A stretch of DNA of 64,000 bases from Bryobacteraceae bacterium. Its GTDB lineage: Bacteria > Acidobacteriota > Terriglobia > Bryobacterales > Bryobacteraceae. This document shows, one piece after another, positions 19,529 to 29,125 of the stretch. The notes beneath the pieces are model-generated. The model saw only the letters and a program-made list of their open reading frames with translations, did not search any database and was not told the origin of the DNA. The stretch covers positions 30,441 through 94,440 of the forward strand of contig DATJFH010000011.1 in assembly GCA_035495815.1 (NCBI GenBank). The letters are read 5' to 3'. Each line of letters begins with the position of its first letter. Within the stretch, counting starts at the first letter, position 1. The position numbers and the translations under genes were made by a program.

Positions 19529-20761
19529 GTGGTGGGTTCCCCGACCGCAAGCACATATCGCTGGACCATCCTGGCGCTGCTGTTTTTTGCCACCACCATC
19601 AACTACCTGGATCGCATCGTGCTTGCCGTCATGCTCCCCGTCATTCGCGGAGAACTGCGCCTGACGGACCAGGATTACGGGAACATCACCGGCGCATTCC
19701 AGATCGCCTATACGGCCGGATTTCTGATGGCGGGCAAGCTGATCGATCGATTCGGCACGCGCCTCGGCTACTCGCTGTCGATTCTCTGGTGGTCGCTGGC
19801 GGCGGGTCTGCACGCGCTCTCGGGGTCGGTGGCGGCGCTCGCCCTGTGGCGGGGTCTTCTGGGCTTGGGAGAAGCGGGGAACTTTCCCGCGGCGATCAAG
19901 GCGGTGGCGGAATGGTTTCCGGCCAAGGACCGTGCTTTCGCCACGGGTATCTTCAACGCCGGAACGAACGTGGCGTCCATGGTCGGCCCGCCCGCCTTCG
20001 TGGCCCTGAGCACGATTTACGGATGGCGCGCGTGCTTCATGATGACAGCCTCACTGGGCCTGGTCTGGCTGGTGGTCTGGCTGGCGATCTATCGGGCGCC
20101 GGCCCGGATGGAAGACGATGAGCCTCCGGCCGTCGCGGGCACGGGGTGGATGGAAGCGCTACGCTCCAAGCCGACCTGGGGGTTCGCTCTTGGGAAGTTT
20201 CTTACCGATCCGGTGTGGTGGTTTTATCTTTACTGGCTACCGCCCTATCTGTACGATGTGAGGAAGTTCGACCTGAAGCAGATCGGCTGGGCGCTGCCGG
20301 TCGTGTACCTGATGGCGGACTTCGGCAGCGTGGGTGGAGGGTGGCTGTCCGGATATCTCATTCGCAAGGGCTGGCAAACCCGGAAAGCGCGCCGCGCGGC
20401 CATGGCGATCTGCGCCTTTTGCATGCCGGTAGCGGCGATGGCGGTATTTGCGCCCGGCGCGGTTCTCACCATCGCGCTGGTGGGGCTGGCAACCGCGGCG
20501 CATCAGGGTTGGTCGGCCAACCTGTACACGATTACGTCCGACAGCTTTCCGAAGGAGGCGGTCGCCTCCGTCACCGGGATCGGAGGATGCGCCGGCGGGA
20601 TTGGCGGATTTCTTTTCTCGGCGGTGATTCCGGGGTTCGTGGTTACCAACTTTGGATACACGCCGATGTTTGTGTTCATGGGCGCTCTCCACGTGATCGC
20701 GCTGTTCGGGATGTTTCCGATGCTCGAAAAGCGGACCGCGCCGGTTCCGGCCGCTGTGTAA
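19529..20761 (+). CDS. MFS transporter, anion:cation symporter family (hexuronate ExuT-like)
   Basis: 410 aa, GTG start; 12 TM helices. 'YRWTILALLFFATTINYLDRIVLAV' N-terminal motif and 'EWFPAKDRAFATGIFNAG' loop typical of ACS-family MFS. Confidence 0.75.
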   Translation: MVGSPTASTYRWTILALLFFATTINYLDRIVLAVMLPVIRGELRLTDQDYGNITGAFQIAYTAGFLMAGKLIDRFGTRLGYSLSILWWSLAAGLHALSGSVAALALWRGLLGLGEAGNFPAAIKAVAEWFPAKDRAFATGIFNAGTNVASMVGPPAFVALSTIYGWRACFMMTASLGLVWLVVWLAIYRAPARMEDDEPPAVAGTGWMEALRSKPTWGFALGKFLTDPVWWFYLYWLPPYLYDVRKFDLKQIGWALPVVYLMADFGSVGGGWLSGYLIRKGWQTRKARRAAMAICAFCMPVAAMAVFAPGAVLTIALVGLATAAHQGWSANLYTITSDSFPKEAVASVTGIGGCAGGIGGFLFSAVIPGFVVTNFGYTPMFVFMGALHVIALFGMFPMLEKRTAPVPAAV

Positions 20762-20804
20762 ACTGCACACGGAACACCGGGTGTCCAAGCGCCGAAAGAG
20801 AGGC

Positions 20805-23003
20805 CTATCCCGCGCCCCGGCGGATTGCGTGCTTCTCCAGCGCGCCCCCCACCTTTTCCACCAACTGGCGCGCGGTGAACGGTTTCGTCAGAATACCGTC
20901 CACGTCGGCTTGCGCAAATCGTTCGATCGATTCCACTTCGTTATGCCCGCTCGAGATCACCACCGGGACATCGGGCCGAATGCGTTTGATGTGCCCCAGC
21001 GCTTCCTCGCCGCCCATGACGGGCATGACCACGTCGAGCAGCACCAGCGAGATCTGGTCCGCCATCTCCTGGAACATCTCCACGGCCACGGCGCCGTTCT
21101 CCGCCGATCGTACTTCGAAGCCGTATTGTGTCAGCGCCGCCAGGGTCGTTCGCCGCACGATGGGCTCGTCTTCCACCACGAGAATGGTGCCCTTTCCTCC
21201 GGAGCGGTCGAGGGAGTTTGCGGACAGGCTTATCGGCGCCCGCGCGCCGGCGACCGGGAACAGGACTAACACGGAAGTGCCCCGACCCGGCGTGCTCGAC
21301 ACTTTGATCGCGCCGCGGTGCGAACGCACGATTCCCAACACTGCGGCCAGACCCAATCCCCGGCCCGCGGACTTGGTGGTGAAGAACGGGTCAAAAATGT
21401 GTGCGCGTGTTTCTTCATCCATGCCGCAGCCGTCGTCGCTGACTTCCAGCCGCACGTAGCGGCCGGGGCGCAGGGGCGCAGCGCTGAGAAAATCGGCCGG
21501 ATATCCCGTTTCGATATCCTCCATACTGGTGCTCACACGCACGGTCCCGGGGGCGTCACCGATGGCTTCAGCTCCGTTGGCGATCAGATTCAGAACCATC
21601 TGCCGAATCTGCGTCATATCCAACTCGATCAAGGGCAGGTTTCTCGCCAGGTCCATCTTGAACTGAACCTTTTTCGAGATCGAAGCCTGGGCGAGGCCTG
21701 CCAGCTCCTCAATCAGCTCCGACAAATTGGCCGGATTCACTACGAAGCGTCCCGTCTTTCCCGAGAAAGCCAGCAGTTGCCGCGAAACCGCGGCCGCCCT
21801 TTCGCTGGCCCGCATCACATCCTCGAGCATGGTGCTGATCGGATCCCCCGGCATGGCCAGATCGAGCGCCAGTCCGGCGTTCCCCATGATTCCGGTCAGC
21901 AGGTTGTTGAATTCGTGGCCGACCCCTTCCGCCAGCCTTCCGAGGCTCTCGAGACGCTGGGTCTCCATCAGCTTGACCTGCAGGCGATCCTTCTCCTCCT
22001 GCAGCCGCTTCTGCTCGGTAATGTCCACCTGGATGCAGGAAAAATACTGCGATTCCCCTTCGCGAACGAGGCTGACGGTAGCGTGGGCGATCAGCTCGCC
22101 GCCGTCCTTGCGCCGGTTCCGGATTTCACCTTCCCAGAAGCCGTCCTTCGAAACGATGCGCGCAATGTTCTCCACGGCCGCCTTCCGGGCGGCTTCGTCG
22201 CCGGCCTGGATTTCGGAGAATTCGATTCCCGCCAGCTCGCCTTTCTCATAGCCCAAAATCTTTTCCATGGCGGGATTGGTGGACAGGATCCGCATGGTAT
22301 CGAAAGAGACGACGGCAAAGCCCTCGTTCATACTGTTGATCACGCGCTCAAGCCGAAGCCGCTGCTCCTCGAGCTGGCGACGCTGGGTGATATCGCGAAA
22401 GACGTAGAGGCGGCCGTAACCGGGCACATTCGTCGCAAAGCGCTCGATGAAGCGGCCCTCCCAGCGAACGATGTCCTGATCGGGCTGGCCCTTGGCCAGG
22501 GCCTGGATGGCCTGGTCTTTCATTTCCGGCAGAGGCTTGGAGAGCGGGCCTTCCTGGCCCCACAGGATTCGCAAGGCGGCGGCGTTGAAGGCCTTGATCT
22601 GTCCGGCTTCGCTGATGAGCATGATCCCGTCGGAGACCGAATCCTGGATCGCCTGCAAGAGCGCCTGCTGCTCCTCGAGAAAGCCGGCCTGTCCACGCAG
22701 TTCTTCCGCCATCTTTCGCATCCGGACGTAATGCGGCAGATTGACGATCACGAGGGCTGCCGCCGCCACCGACAGAATGGCCGTGGATGCGGACCACCAG
22801 ACCTGAGATCTTCCAGCGTCGACAAGGCTTAGCGCCTGAGTGGCGCCCGCGGAGAGGAAGAAAAGAGCCAGGACAATCAGCGGTCCGCGGTACTCCTGCG
22901 TTTCGCGGCGCGCGATGATGACGGAGAGCGCCAGACCGATGGAGACGAGCGCGAGGGCGGTCACACCGCCGGACACCACACTCGTCAGATCGTTGACATT
23001 CAT
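20805..23003 (-). CDS. Hybrid sensor histidine kinase (membrane sensor, 2x PAS, HisKA, HATPase, C-terminal receiver)
   Basis: 732 aa; N-terminal multi-TM region. H-box 'GHEFNNLLTGIMGNAGLA', ATPase G-boxes 'DDGCGMD...GRGLGLA', receiver 'ILVVEDEP...LLDVVMP'. Confidence 0.85.
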   Translation of the reverse strand: MNVNDLTSVVSGGVTALALVSIGLALSVIIARRETQEYRGPLIVLALFFLSAGATQALSLVDAGRSQVWWSASTAILSVAAAALVIVNLPHYVRMRKMAEELRGQAGFLEEQQALLQAIQDSVSDGIMLISEAGQIKAFNAAALRILWGQEGPLSKPLPEMKDQAIQALAKGQPDQDIVRWEGRFIERFATNVPGYGRLYVFRDITQRRQLEEQRLRLERVINSMNEGFAVVSFDTMRILSTNPAMEKILGYEKGELAGIEFSEIQAGDEAARKAAVENIARIVSKDGFWEGEIRNRRKDGGELIAHATVSLVREGESQYFSCIQVDITEQKRLQEEKDRLQVKLMETQRLESLGRLAEGVGHEFNNLLTGIMGNAGLALDLAMPGDPISTMLEDVMRASERAAAVSRQLLAFSGKTGRFVVNPANLSELIEELAGLAQASISKKVQFKMDLARNLPLIELDMTQIRQMVLNLIANGAEAIGDAPGTVRVSTSMEDIETGYPADFLSAAPLRPGRYVRLEVSDDGCGMDEETRAHIFDPFFTTKSAGRGLGLAAVLGIVRSHRGAIKVSSTPGRGTSVLVLFPVAGARAPISLSANSLDRSGGKGTILVVEDEPIVRRTTLAALTQYGFEVRSAENGAVAVEMFQEMADQISLVLLDVVMPVMGGEEALGHIKRIRPDVPVVISSGHNEVESIERFAQADVDGILTKPFTARQLVEKVGGALEKHAIRRGAG

Positions 23004-23122
23004 ACCGTCACCTTAAATCTTAGCAGGCGGTTTTCGTCAACCCTGTACGGAAGCCATGACACGCCGGGAGCGTCCAACCGGCCGGCTATGGCTGCCTCAT
23101 GATCGTGCGGCCGGGGGCCTAC

Positions 23123-23133
23123 GGTATAATTCA
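23123..23133 (+). promoter_or_regulatory. Candidate -10 element (GGTATAATTCA) 8 nt upstream of the xdhC-like ATG
   Basis: Perfect TATAAT hexamer at about 23125-23130 in a ~67% GC genome. The same 11-mer GGTATAATTCA recurs upstream of the 50838 gene. Implies a very short or absent 5' UTR. -35 is poor (ATCGTG). Confidence 0.3.
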
Positions 23134-23138
23134 AGCGG

Positions 23139-23975
23139 ATGGACGTTTACGACGAGCTGATTCGGCTTCGAAAGCTGGGGCAGAAGTGCGCAATCGCCAC
23201 GATCGTGCAGGTTCGCGGCTCGATCCCGAGCTTCGAGAGCGCCAAGCTGCTGGTGCGCGAGGACGGCTCCATGATCGGCACGATCGGCGGCGGCTGCGTC
23301 GAGGCCGAAGTCTGGAACGCCGCCCGAGAGGTCATGGAAACCGAAAAGTCGAAGCACATGAGCTTCAATTTGGGGCAGGACGCCGCCTACGACAACGGTC
23401 TCATCTGCGGCGGGCAGCTCGACGTGTTCGTCGAGCCCGTAATTCCCGCTCCGGCCGCGATCATTTTCGGGGCCGGACACATCTCCAAGAGCTTGTGCAA
23501 AGTGGCCGGCATGGCGGGATTCTCGACCACTATCGTCGACAATCGCGAGACCTTCGCCAATCGCGACCGCTTCCCCGACGCCGACGAGATTTTCGCGCTG
23601 GAGTACGAAGACGTTTTCCCCAGGCTCACGATTCACGAATCGACCTACCTGATCATCGTCACCCGGGGACATCGGGACGACATGCGCGTGCTGCGATGGG
23701 CGGCGGGCACGCCGGCGCGCTATGTCGCCATGATCGGCAGCAAGCGCAAGGTGATCTCCGTGATCAAGGAGCTGGAGAAGGATGGATTGACGCGGGATCA
23801 GCTGGCCCGTATCCACGCGCCGATGGGACTCGAGATCGGAGCGATTTCACCGGAGGAGATCGCCATCTCGGTAGCCGCCGAGATGATCGCCGTTCGCCGG
23901 AATCCGCCTTCGAACTGGCGCGCGCTTTCCATGTCGATATTTGACGGGGAGGCCCGGCAGGCGCTCGTAAAGTGA
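23139..23975 (+). CDS. XdhC/CoxI-family molybdoenzyme maturation factor
   Basis: 278 aa; XdhC N-terminal 'AIATIVQVRGSIPSFESAKLLVREDGSMIGTIGGGCVE' and C-terminal Rossmann-like 'AIIFGAGHISKSL...YVAMIGSKRK'. Confidence 0.75.
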   Translation: MDVYDELIRLRKLGQKCAIATIVQVRGSIPSFESAKLLVREDGSMIGTIGGGCVEAEVWNAAREVMETEKSKHMSFNLGQDAAYDNGLICGGQLDVFVEPVIPAPAAIIFGAGHISKSLCKVAGMAGFSTTIVDNRETFANRDRFPDADEIFALEYEDVFPRLTIHESTYLIIVTRGHRDDMRVLRWAAGTPARYVAMIGSKRKVISVIKELEKDGLTRDQLARIHAPMGLEIGAISPEEIAISVAAEMIAVRRNPPSNWRALSMSIFDGEARQALVK

Positions 23976-24547
23976 CCGCCGGACTGATCCTGGCGGCCGG
24001 CAAGTCCTCCCGCATGGGCTCACCGAAAGCGCTGCTCGATTATCGCGGGGAAACTTTTCTGGACAATCTCACCGGTCTGTTTTCCGGATTCTGCGATCCC
24101 GTGATTGTCGTGGTGGGGCACGAGGCCGGGCGCATCCGCGCAGGAGTTCGCCACCCCGAGCGGGCCCTGTTCGCCGAGAACACGGCCTACGAGTCGGGCC
24201 AGCTCTCGTCCATGCAGTGCGGCCTGCGGATGGTTCCGGAATCCTCCGCCGGCGTGCTGTTCACCCTGGTCGATCACCCCAACGTGCAGCCTGGAACCAT
24301 CGCCGGGCTGCTTGCCGCTCCCAACGCGCCGCTGGCCATACCCCGCTACCGGGGCCGCCGCGGACATCCTATCTTTTTCAACCGCAAGCTGATGGACGAT
24401 TTTCTTGCGCTGTCCCCCGATTCCCAGGCACGACAGGTGGTCAACCGCCACGCGGACGCGGTCTGCTTCGTCGACGTGAACGACCCGGGCATACTCGACG
24501 ACGTAGACGACGCCGCCGCCTATAGCCGTCTGCTCGAAACTGCATGA
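23972..24547 (+). CDS. MobA-like nucleotidyltransferase (molybdenum cofactor cytidylyltransferase MocA-like)
   Basis: 191 aa; 'GLILAAGKSSRMGSPKALL' signature. 4-nt overlap with the xdhC-like gene. Confidence 0.7.
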   Translation: MTAGLILAAGKSSRMGSPKALLDYRGETFLDNLTGLFSGFCDPVIVVVGHEAGRIRAGVRHPERALFAENTAYESGQLSSMQCGLRMVPESSAGVLFTLVDHPNVQPGTIAGLLAAPNAPLAIPRYRGRRGHPIFFNRKLMDDFLALSPDSQARQVVNRHADAVCFVDVNDPGILDDVDDAAAYSRLLETA

Positions 24548-26826
24548 CCGCCCGCAAGAGTCCCTGGCGCTGGCTGCTGTGGGCGCCGGCGTTTTTCATC
24601 GCCGCGGGGGTGGCCGCGCCCTTCTTCGACGCGGACCCTTTCGGCGAACGAATCAGCAAGGCGCTCGAAACTTCGCTGGGGCGCAAAGTCAAGATCGGCA
24701 AAGCGCGATTCACGGTCTTCGGCGGCCTGGGCTTCACCGTCAGCGACGTGGAAATCGCGGAGAATCCCGCGTTCGGCATCGAGCCCATCACGCAGTTGAC
24801 GCCCGACGGATCGCTCGACGCGCGCCTGCAATTGCGATCCCTATGGACCGGGAAGCTGCAACTGGCTTCCGTCCGCCTGAATTCCCCGATCGTGAATCTG
24901 GTCAAAGGAGACTCCGGGCACTGGAATTTCGAGTCCGTGATGACACCGGGGCTGGTGGCGTCTCTTCCCAGGGTCGAAGTGCGCGACGCGCGCATCAATT
25001 TCAAATTCGGCGACACGAAGTCGGTTTTCTATGCCGACAACGTGGACCTCGATGCAATAGCCGGATCGAGCGGCGCCGCCGGCTGGGAACTGCGCTTCTC
25101 CGGCGAGCCCGGCCGGACGGATCGGGCGGCGCGCCCTTACCAGCAGAGCGTGAGCGGGAGGGGCCGCTGGCGTCCGGAGCGCGTGGACTTCGATCTCGAG
25201 ATGGAGAAGAGCGCACTGAGCGAGATCAGCGCGCTGATTTTCGGACGCGATGTGGGTATCCACGGCGCAGTCGCCTCGCGCGTGCAGCTGGCCGGTCCGC
25301 CGAACGAAATCCGCATCAGCGGCAGCCTGCAGCTTCAGGAACTGCACCGCTGGGACCAGATGCCCATGAAAGGGGACGGCTGGCCGCTCCATTTCCGGGG
25401 CCGTCTGGACCTGGGCGGTCAACGGCTGGAAATCGAATCGCAATCCCCGGTCATGCCGTTTACCGTGCGCTACCGCGTGGCCAACTATCTGATCGAGCCG
25501 CGGTGGGCCTTGGGACTGACCTGGAATCGCTTCCCGGCCGAGCCGCTGGTGGCCATTGCGCGTCACATGGGCGCGCCTCTGCCGCCGGATTTGAAGCTGG
25601 CCGGAACGCTGGAAGGGGCCGTGAGCTGGTCCGGTTGGGAGAACCTGCAGGGGCAGATCGCTTTTCATGACGCGGCGGTGGCTTTCCCGAATTCCCCTCC
25701 CGTGGAATTCGACGAAGCCAAAGTACTGTTCGACGGCAGCCGCATCCATCTGGAACCGGCGCTGGCCCGGGCGGCCGAAAGCGAGGCCAGTATCGAGGCG
25801 GACTACCGGCTGACCAGCCAGGAATTCCAGCTGGACGTGGCCAGCGACTCCATGACCATCGCGGCGATCCGGACGCATGCCGCCCGGCTGCCGGCCCCCC
25901 TGCTCGAGGCGCTCAACTCGGGTGTATGGAAGGGCAAGCTCCGCTATCGCCGCGGGCCTTCCATCGAAGAAGGATGGAGCGGGCAGATTCAACTCGCGCG
26001 CGCCGAGATCGCTCTGCCCGGACTGGCGCAGCCGCTGCGCGTTCGCAGCGCGGCCGCGCGGCTGGATGGGGCCAAGCTCTGGGTAGACAAACTGGTTGGC
26101 CGGGTGGGGACGACCGAATTGTCCGGCGACTACCGTTATGAACCGAAAGCCGCGCATCCGCACCGCTTTCGCCTGATCATTCCCGCCATCGACGCCGCCG
26201 GGCTGGAACGCCTGCTCATGCCGACGCTCCGCCGCGAGCGGGGATTCCTGGCCCGCACGCTGGGATTCGGCAGGCCCGAGATCCCTCCCTGGCTGGCGAC
26301 CCGCTTCATGGACGGAACCGTGCAGATCGGCGAATTGACCGCCGGAGACGCTACTTTGTCGCAGCTCAAGATGCGGATCCTCTGGGACGGCGTTCACGTG
26401 GAACTGCGGAACATGGAAGCGCGTACGGAAAACGGAATCCTTTACGGCGGCGCCTTCGTCGATCTCAGGGGTCATGAGCCTTCCTATCGTGTCAACTTTC
26501 TGGCCGACTCGGTCGATTTCAAAGGCGGCAAAATCGACGCCGACGGCGTGATTCGCACTTCCGGAACCGGAGGGGAGCTGTTGACCCGAGCGCGCGCTGA
26601 GGGCTCTTTCAGCGGCCGCGAGTTGAATTTCTGCAAGAACGCCACCGGCTGCTATCGGCTGGAATGGCCGAAGCTCCGCTTCACCGAGCTCCAGCTCTCG
26701 ATCGGGCCCGACCTGTATATCGGCCGGGGCGCTACTCAGGACGACGGCCGGCTCCTGCTGCAGCTCTCGAACGGATCGAAATCGATGCGCGTGACCGGGA
26801 CCCTGGCGCAGTTGGTGGTGGAGTAG
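24544..26826 (+). CDS. AsmA-family outer-membrane biogenesis protein
   Basis: 760 aa; single N-terminal TM 'WRWLLWAPAFFIAAGV' then a long repetitive beta-rich periplasmic domain. 4-nt overlap with the preceding gene. Confidence 0.6.
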   Translation: MTARKSPWRWLLWAPAFFIAAGVAAPFFDADPFGERISKALETSLGRKVKIGKARFTVFGGLGFTVSDVEIAENPAFGIEPITQLTPDGSLDARLQLRSLWTGKLQLASVRLNSPIVNLVKGDSGHWNFESVMTPGLVASLPRVEVRDARINFKFGDTKSVFYADNVDLDAIAGSSGAAGWELRFSGEPGRTDRAARPYQQSVSGRGRWRPERVDFDLEMEKSALSEISALIFGRDVGIHGAVASRVQLAGPPNEIRISGSLQLQELHRWDQMPMKGDGWPLHFRGRLDLGGQRLEIESQSPVMPFTVRYRVANYLIEPRWALGLTWNRFPAEPLVAIARHMGAPLPPDLKLAGTLEGAVSWSGWENLQGQIAFHDAAVAFPNSPPVEFDEAKVLFDGSRIHLEPALARAAESEASIEADYRLTSQEFQLDVASDSMTIAAIRTHAARLPAPLLEALNSGVWKGKLRYRRGPSIEEGWSGQIQLARAEIALPGLAQPLRVRSAAARLDGAKLWVDKLVGRVGTTELSGDYRYEPKAAHPHRFRLIIPAIDAAGLERLLMPTLRRERGFLARTLGFGRPEIPPWLATRFMDGTVQIGELTAGDATLSQLKMRILWDGVHVELRNMEARTENGILYGGAFVDLRGHEPSYRVNFLADSVDFKGGKIDADGVIRTSGTGGELLTRARAEGSFSGRELNFCKNATGCYRLEWPKLRFTELQLSIGPDLYIGRGATQDDGRLLLQLSNGSKSMRVTGTLAQLVVE

Positions 26827-26835
26827 GGGCAGCTC

Positions 26836-28212
26836 TCAGAGAGGTTTCATTTCCCCGAGCATGGTCGGAATCAGCTCGGACACCGTTGGGTGAATGTGCA
26901 TGGCCCGGGAGATCACGGTGTAGGGCGCCTTGGCGTACATGACGTCCAAAATCGATTGGATGACTTCATCACCGCCCGTGCCGAGGATCGACGCGCCCAG
27001 AATCAGCCTGGTATCCGCGTCCACCAGGATCTTCATGAACCCCTGCGTTTCACCCTTCTCCACGGCGCGGCCCACCTTTGTCATGGGACGGTAGCCGATC
27101 AGCGCCTTGCGGCCGCTCTTGCGGACCTCCGCCTCATTCATGCCTGCTCTGCCGAGCGGCGGATCGATGTACAACGCGTAGGCCATGATGCGGTCGCTGA
27201 GACGGCGCGGGTCGTGGTCGAGCAGGTTGGCGGCGACGATTTCGAAGTCGTTGTAGGAAGTGTGGGTGAATCCGCCGCGGCCGTTGCAATCGCCGAGCGC
27301 CCAAATGCCGGCCACGTTGGTACGCAGTTCGTCGTCCACCACGATGTTTCCGTGCTTGTCCGTAGCCACACCCGCTTTGTCGAGGCCGAGGTCATCGGTG
27401 TTGGGACGGCGTCCCACCGCCAGCAGCAGGTGCGATCCGGCTATCTTGGGACTCCCCTCGGCGCAGTCGATACCGGCGAAGATCTCGTCTCCGCGCTTCG
27501 AGAAGCGAATGCAGTTCGAGTTCAGCCGGACCGCGATGCCTTCCCGCTCCATAATTTCCCTGACGGCCGCCGAGACGTCCTCATCCTCGCGCGGGATCAG
27601 GCGCGGGCCCTTTTCGATGATGGTGACCTCGCTGCCGAAGCGGCGGAACATCTGCCCGAACTCCAGGCCGATGTAGCTTCCGCCGACGATCAGCAGATGA
27701 CGCGGCAGGAAATCGACATGCATCAGGGAGCTGTTCGTGAGATACGGAACTTCGTTGACGCCCGGCAGATCGGGCACGACTGCCCGGCCGCCCACGTTGA
27801 TGAATATCTTGTCCGACGAGAGCGTCGCGCCGTTCACGCTCACTTCACGCGCCGACTCGAAGCGGGCGCTGCCCTTATAAACCGTGCAGTTCCGCATATC
27901 CTTGAGCCAGTTCTCGACCGAGTTCCGCGATTGCCCGGAGATCTTATCCTTGCGCGCCTTGACCTGCCTCATGTCCACGCTGACTGCTCCTCCGATGGTG
28001 ACGCCGTACTCGGCCCCGCGGCGCGCCAGGTGGGCGGCGTATGCGCTGGCAACCATCGTCTTGGTGGGAATGCAGCCCGTGTTGACACAGGTGCCCCCGA
28101 TCAGGTTCCGCTCGATGACGGCGACGTTCATGCCTGCCGCTGTGAGGCGTCCAGCGAGCGGGGGCCCTGCCTGGCCGGTTCCGATAATGATGGCGTCGTA
28201 GGGGGTGGTCAT
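26836..28212 (-). CDS. FAD-dependent pyridine nucleotide-disulfide oxidoreductase, class I (dihydrolipoamide dehydrogenase/SthA-like; not MerA)
   Basis: 458 aa; 'IIGTGQAG' FAD fold, redox-active disulfide 'GGTCVNTGCIPTK', C-terminal His-Glu dyad 'HIHPTVSE'. No C-terminal Cys pair and no HMA domain. Confidence 0.75.
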   Translation of the reverse strand: MTTPYDAIIIGTGQAGPPLAGRLTAAGMNVAVIERNLIGGTCVNTGCIPTKTMVASAYAAHLARRGAEYGVTIGGAVSVDMRQVKARKDKISGQSRNSVENWLKDMRNCTVYKGSARFESAREVSVNGATLSSDKIFINVGGRAVVPDLPGVNEVPYLTNSSLMHVDFLPRHLLIVGGSYIGLEFGQMFRRFGSEVTIIEKGPRLIPREDEDVSAAVREIMEREGIAVRLNSNCIRFSKRGDEIFAGIDCAEGSPKIAGSHLLLAVGRRPNTDDLGLDKAGVATDKHGNIVVDDELRTNVAGIWALGDCNGRGGFTHTSYNDFEIVAANLLDHDPRRLSDRIMAYALYIDPPLGRAGMNEAEVRKSGRKALIGYRPMTKVGRAVEKGETQGFMKILVDADTRLILGASILGTGGDEVIQSILDVMYAKAPYTVISRAMHIHPTVSELIPTMLGEMKPL

Positions 28213-28236
28213 TTCTTGATTTTAGTCTTGCGGTCC

Positions 28237-29073
28237 TTACAGCATCTCGAGAGGCTTGCGCTTCAGCGGGCGTGGAAACGCGATGTCCAGGGCGGAGAGG
28301 TCTTCGCGGGTCAACACGATGTCCGCGGCGGCGCGGTTTTCGTCGACATGCCCGAGCTCACCAGCCTTCGGAATCACGAGGACGTCCTGCTGCGCCAGCA
28401 GCCATGCCAGCGCGATCTGCGCCGGAGTCGCTCCCCGCTGCTGCGCCAGCGCGGCCAGCTTGGGGTTGCGCAGCAGCCGACCCTGTTCTATCGGCGAGTA
28501 CGCCATCACAGGCGCTCCGCGGCTCCGCAACCAGGGCAGAAGATCGATCTCCGGGCCGCGCCGGGTCAGGTTATAGAGGATCTGATTGACGGCAATCCGG
28601 CGGCCCTGATCCAGCGCCCAAGCCTCTTCCATGTCGGATGTATCGAAATTGCTGACGCCGTACGATCCGATCTTGCCCGACGCCTGCAGCGCCGCGAGGG
28701 CGTCCAGGGTTTCGGAAAGCGGAACCGATCCGCGCCAGTGCAGCAGGTACAGATCGATCGAATCGATTCCCAGCCGCCGCAGGCTGCGCTCGCAGGCATC
28801 CGCCGTTCCGCGCCGGGTCGCGTTGTGGGGATATACTTTGCTCACCAGAAAGACTTCCTGTCGGCGGCCCATGATGGCCTCGCCGATCAACTCCTCGGCA
28901 GCCCCTTCTCCGTACATTTCCGCCGTGTCGATAACGGTCATCCCGAGATCGATGGCGCGCCGCAGAGCCGCGATCTCCCGGGAGCGCAGACGGGAATTCT
29001 CACCCATCTTCCAGGTTCCGATTCCCAGAGCGGGCACGCGTTTTCCGGATGGCAGAGCCACGGTCTTCATCAT
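28237..29073 (-). CDS. Aldo/keto reductase
   Basis: ORF track 28237..29454 includes about 127 junk codons. The AKR fold starts at ATG 29073/29070 'MMKTVALPSGKRVPALGIGTW...'. 'DTAEMYG', 'LYLLHW' present. Confidence 0.75.
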   Translation of the reverse strand: MMKTVALPSGKRVPALGIGTWKMGENSRLRSREIAALRRAIDLGMTVIDTAEMYGEGAAEELIGEAIMGRRQEVFLVSKVYPHNATRRGTADACERSLRRLGIDSIDLYLLHWRGSVPLSETLDALAALQASGKIGSYGVSNFDTSDMEEAWALDQGRRIAVNQILYNLTRRGPEIDLLPWLRSRGAPVMAYSPIEQGRLLRNPKLAALAQQRGATPAQIALAWLLAQQDVLVIPKAGELGHVDENRAAADIVLTREDLSALDIAFPRPLKRKPLEML

Positions 29074-29125
29074 CTTGCAGTCAGGATACCGCGCCCGTAT
29101 TGGAACCCTGTACCATGGAAATTCC

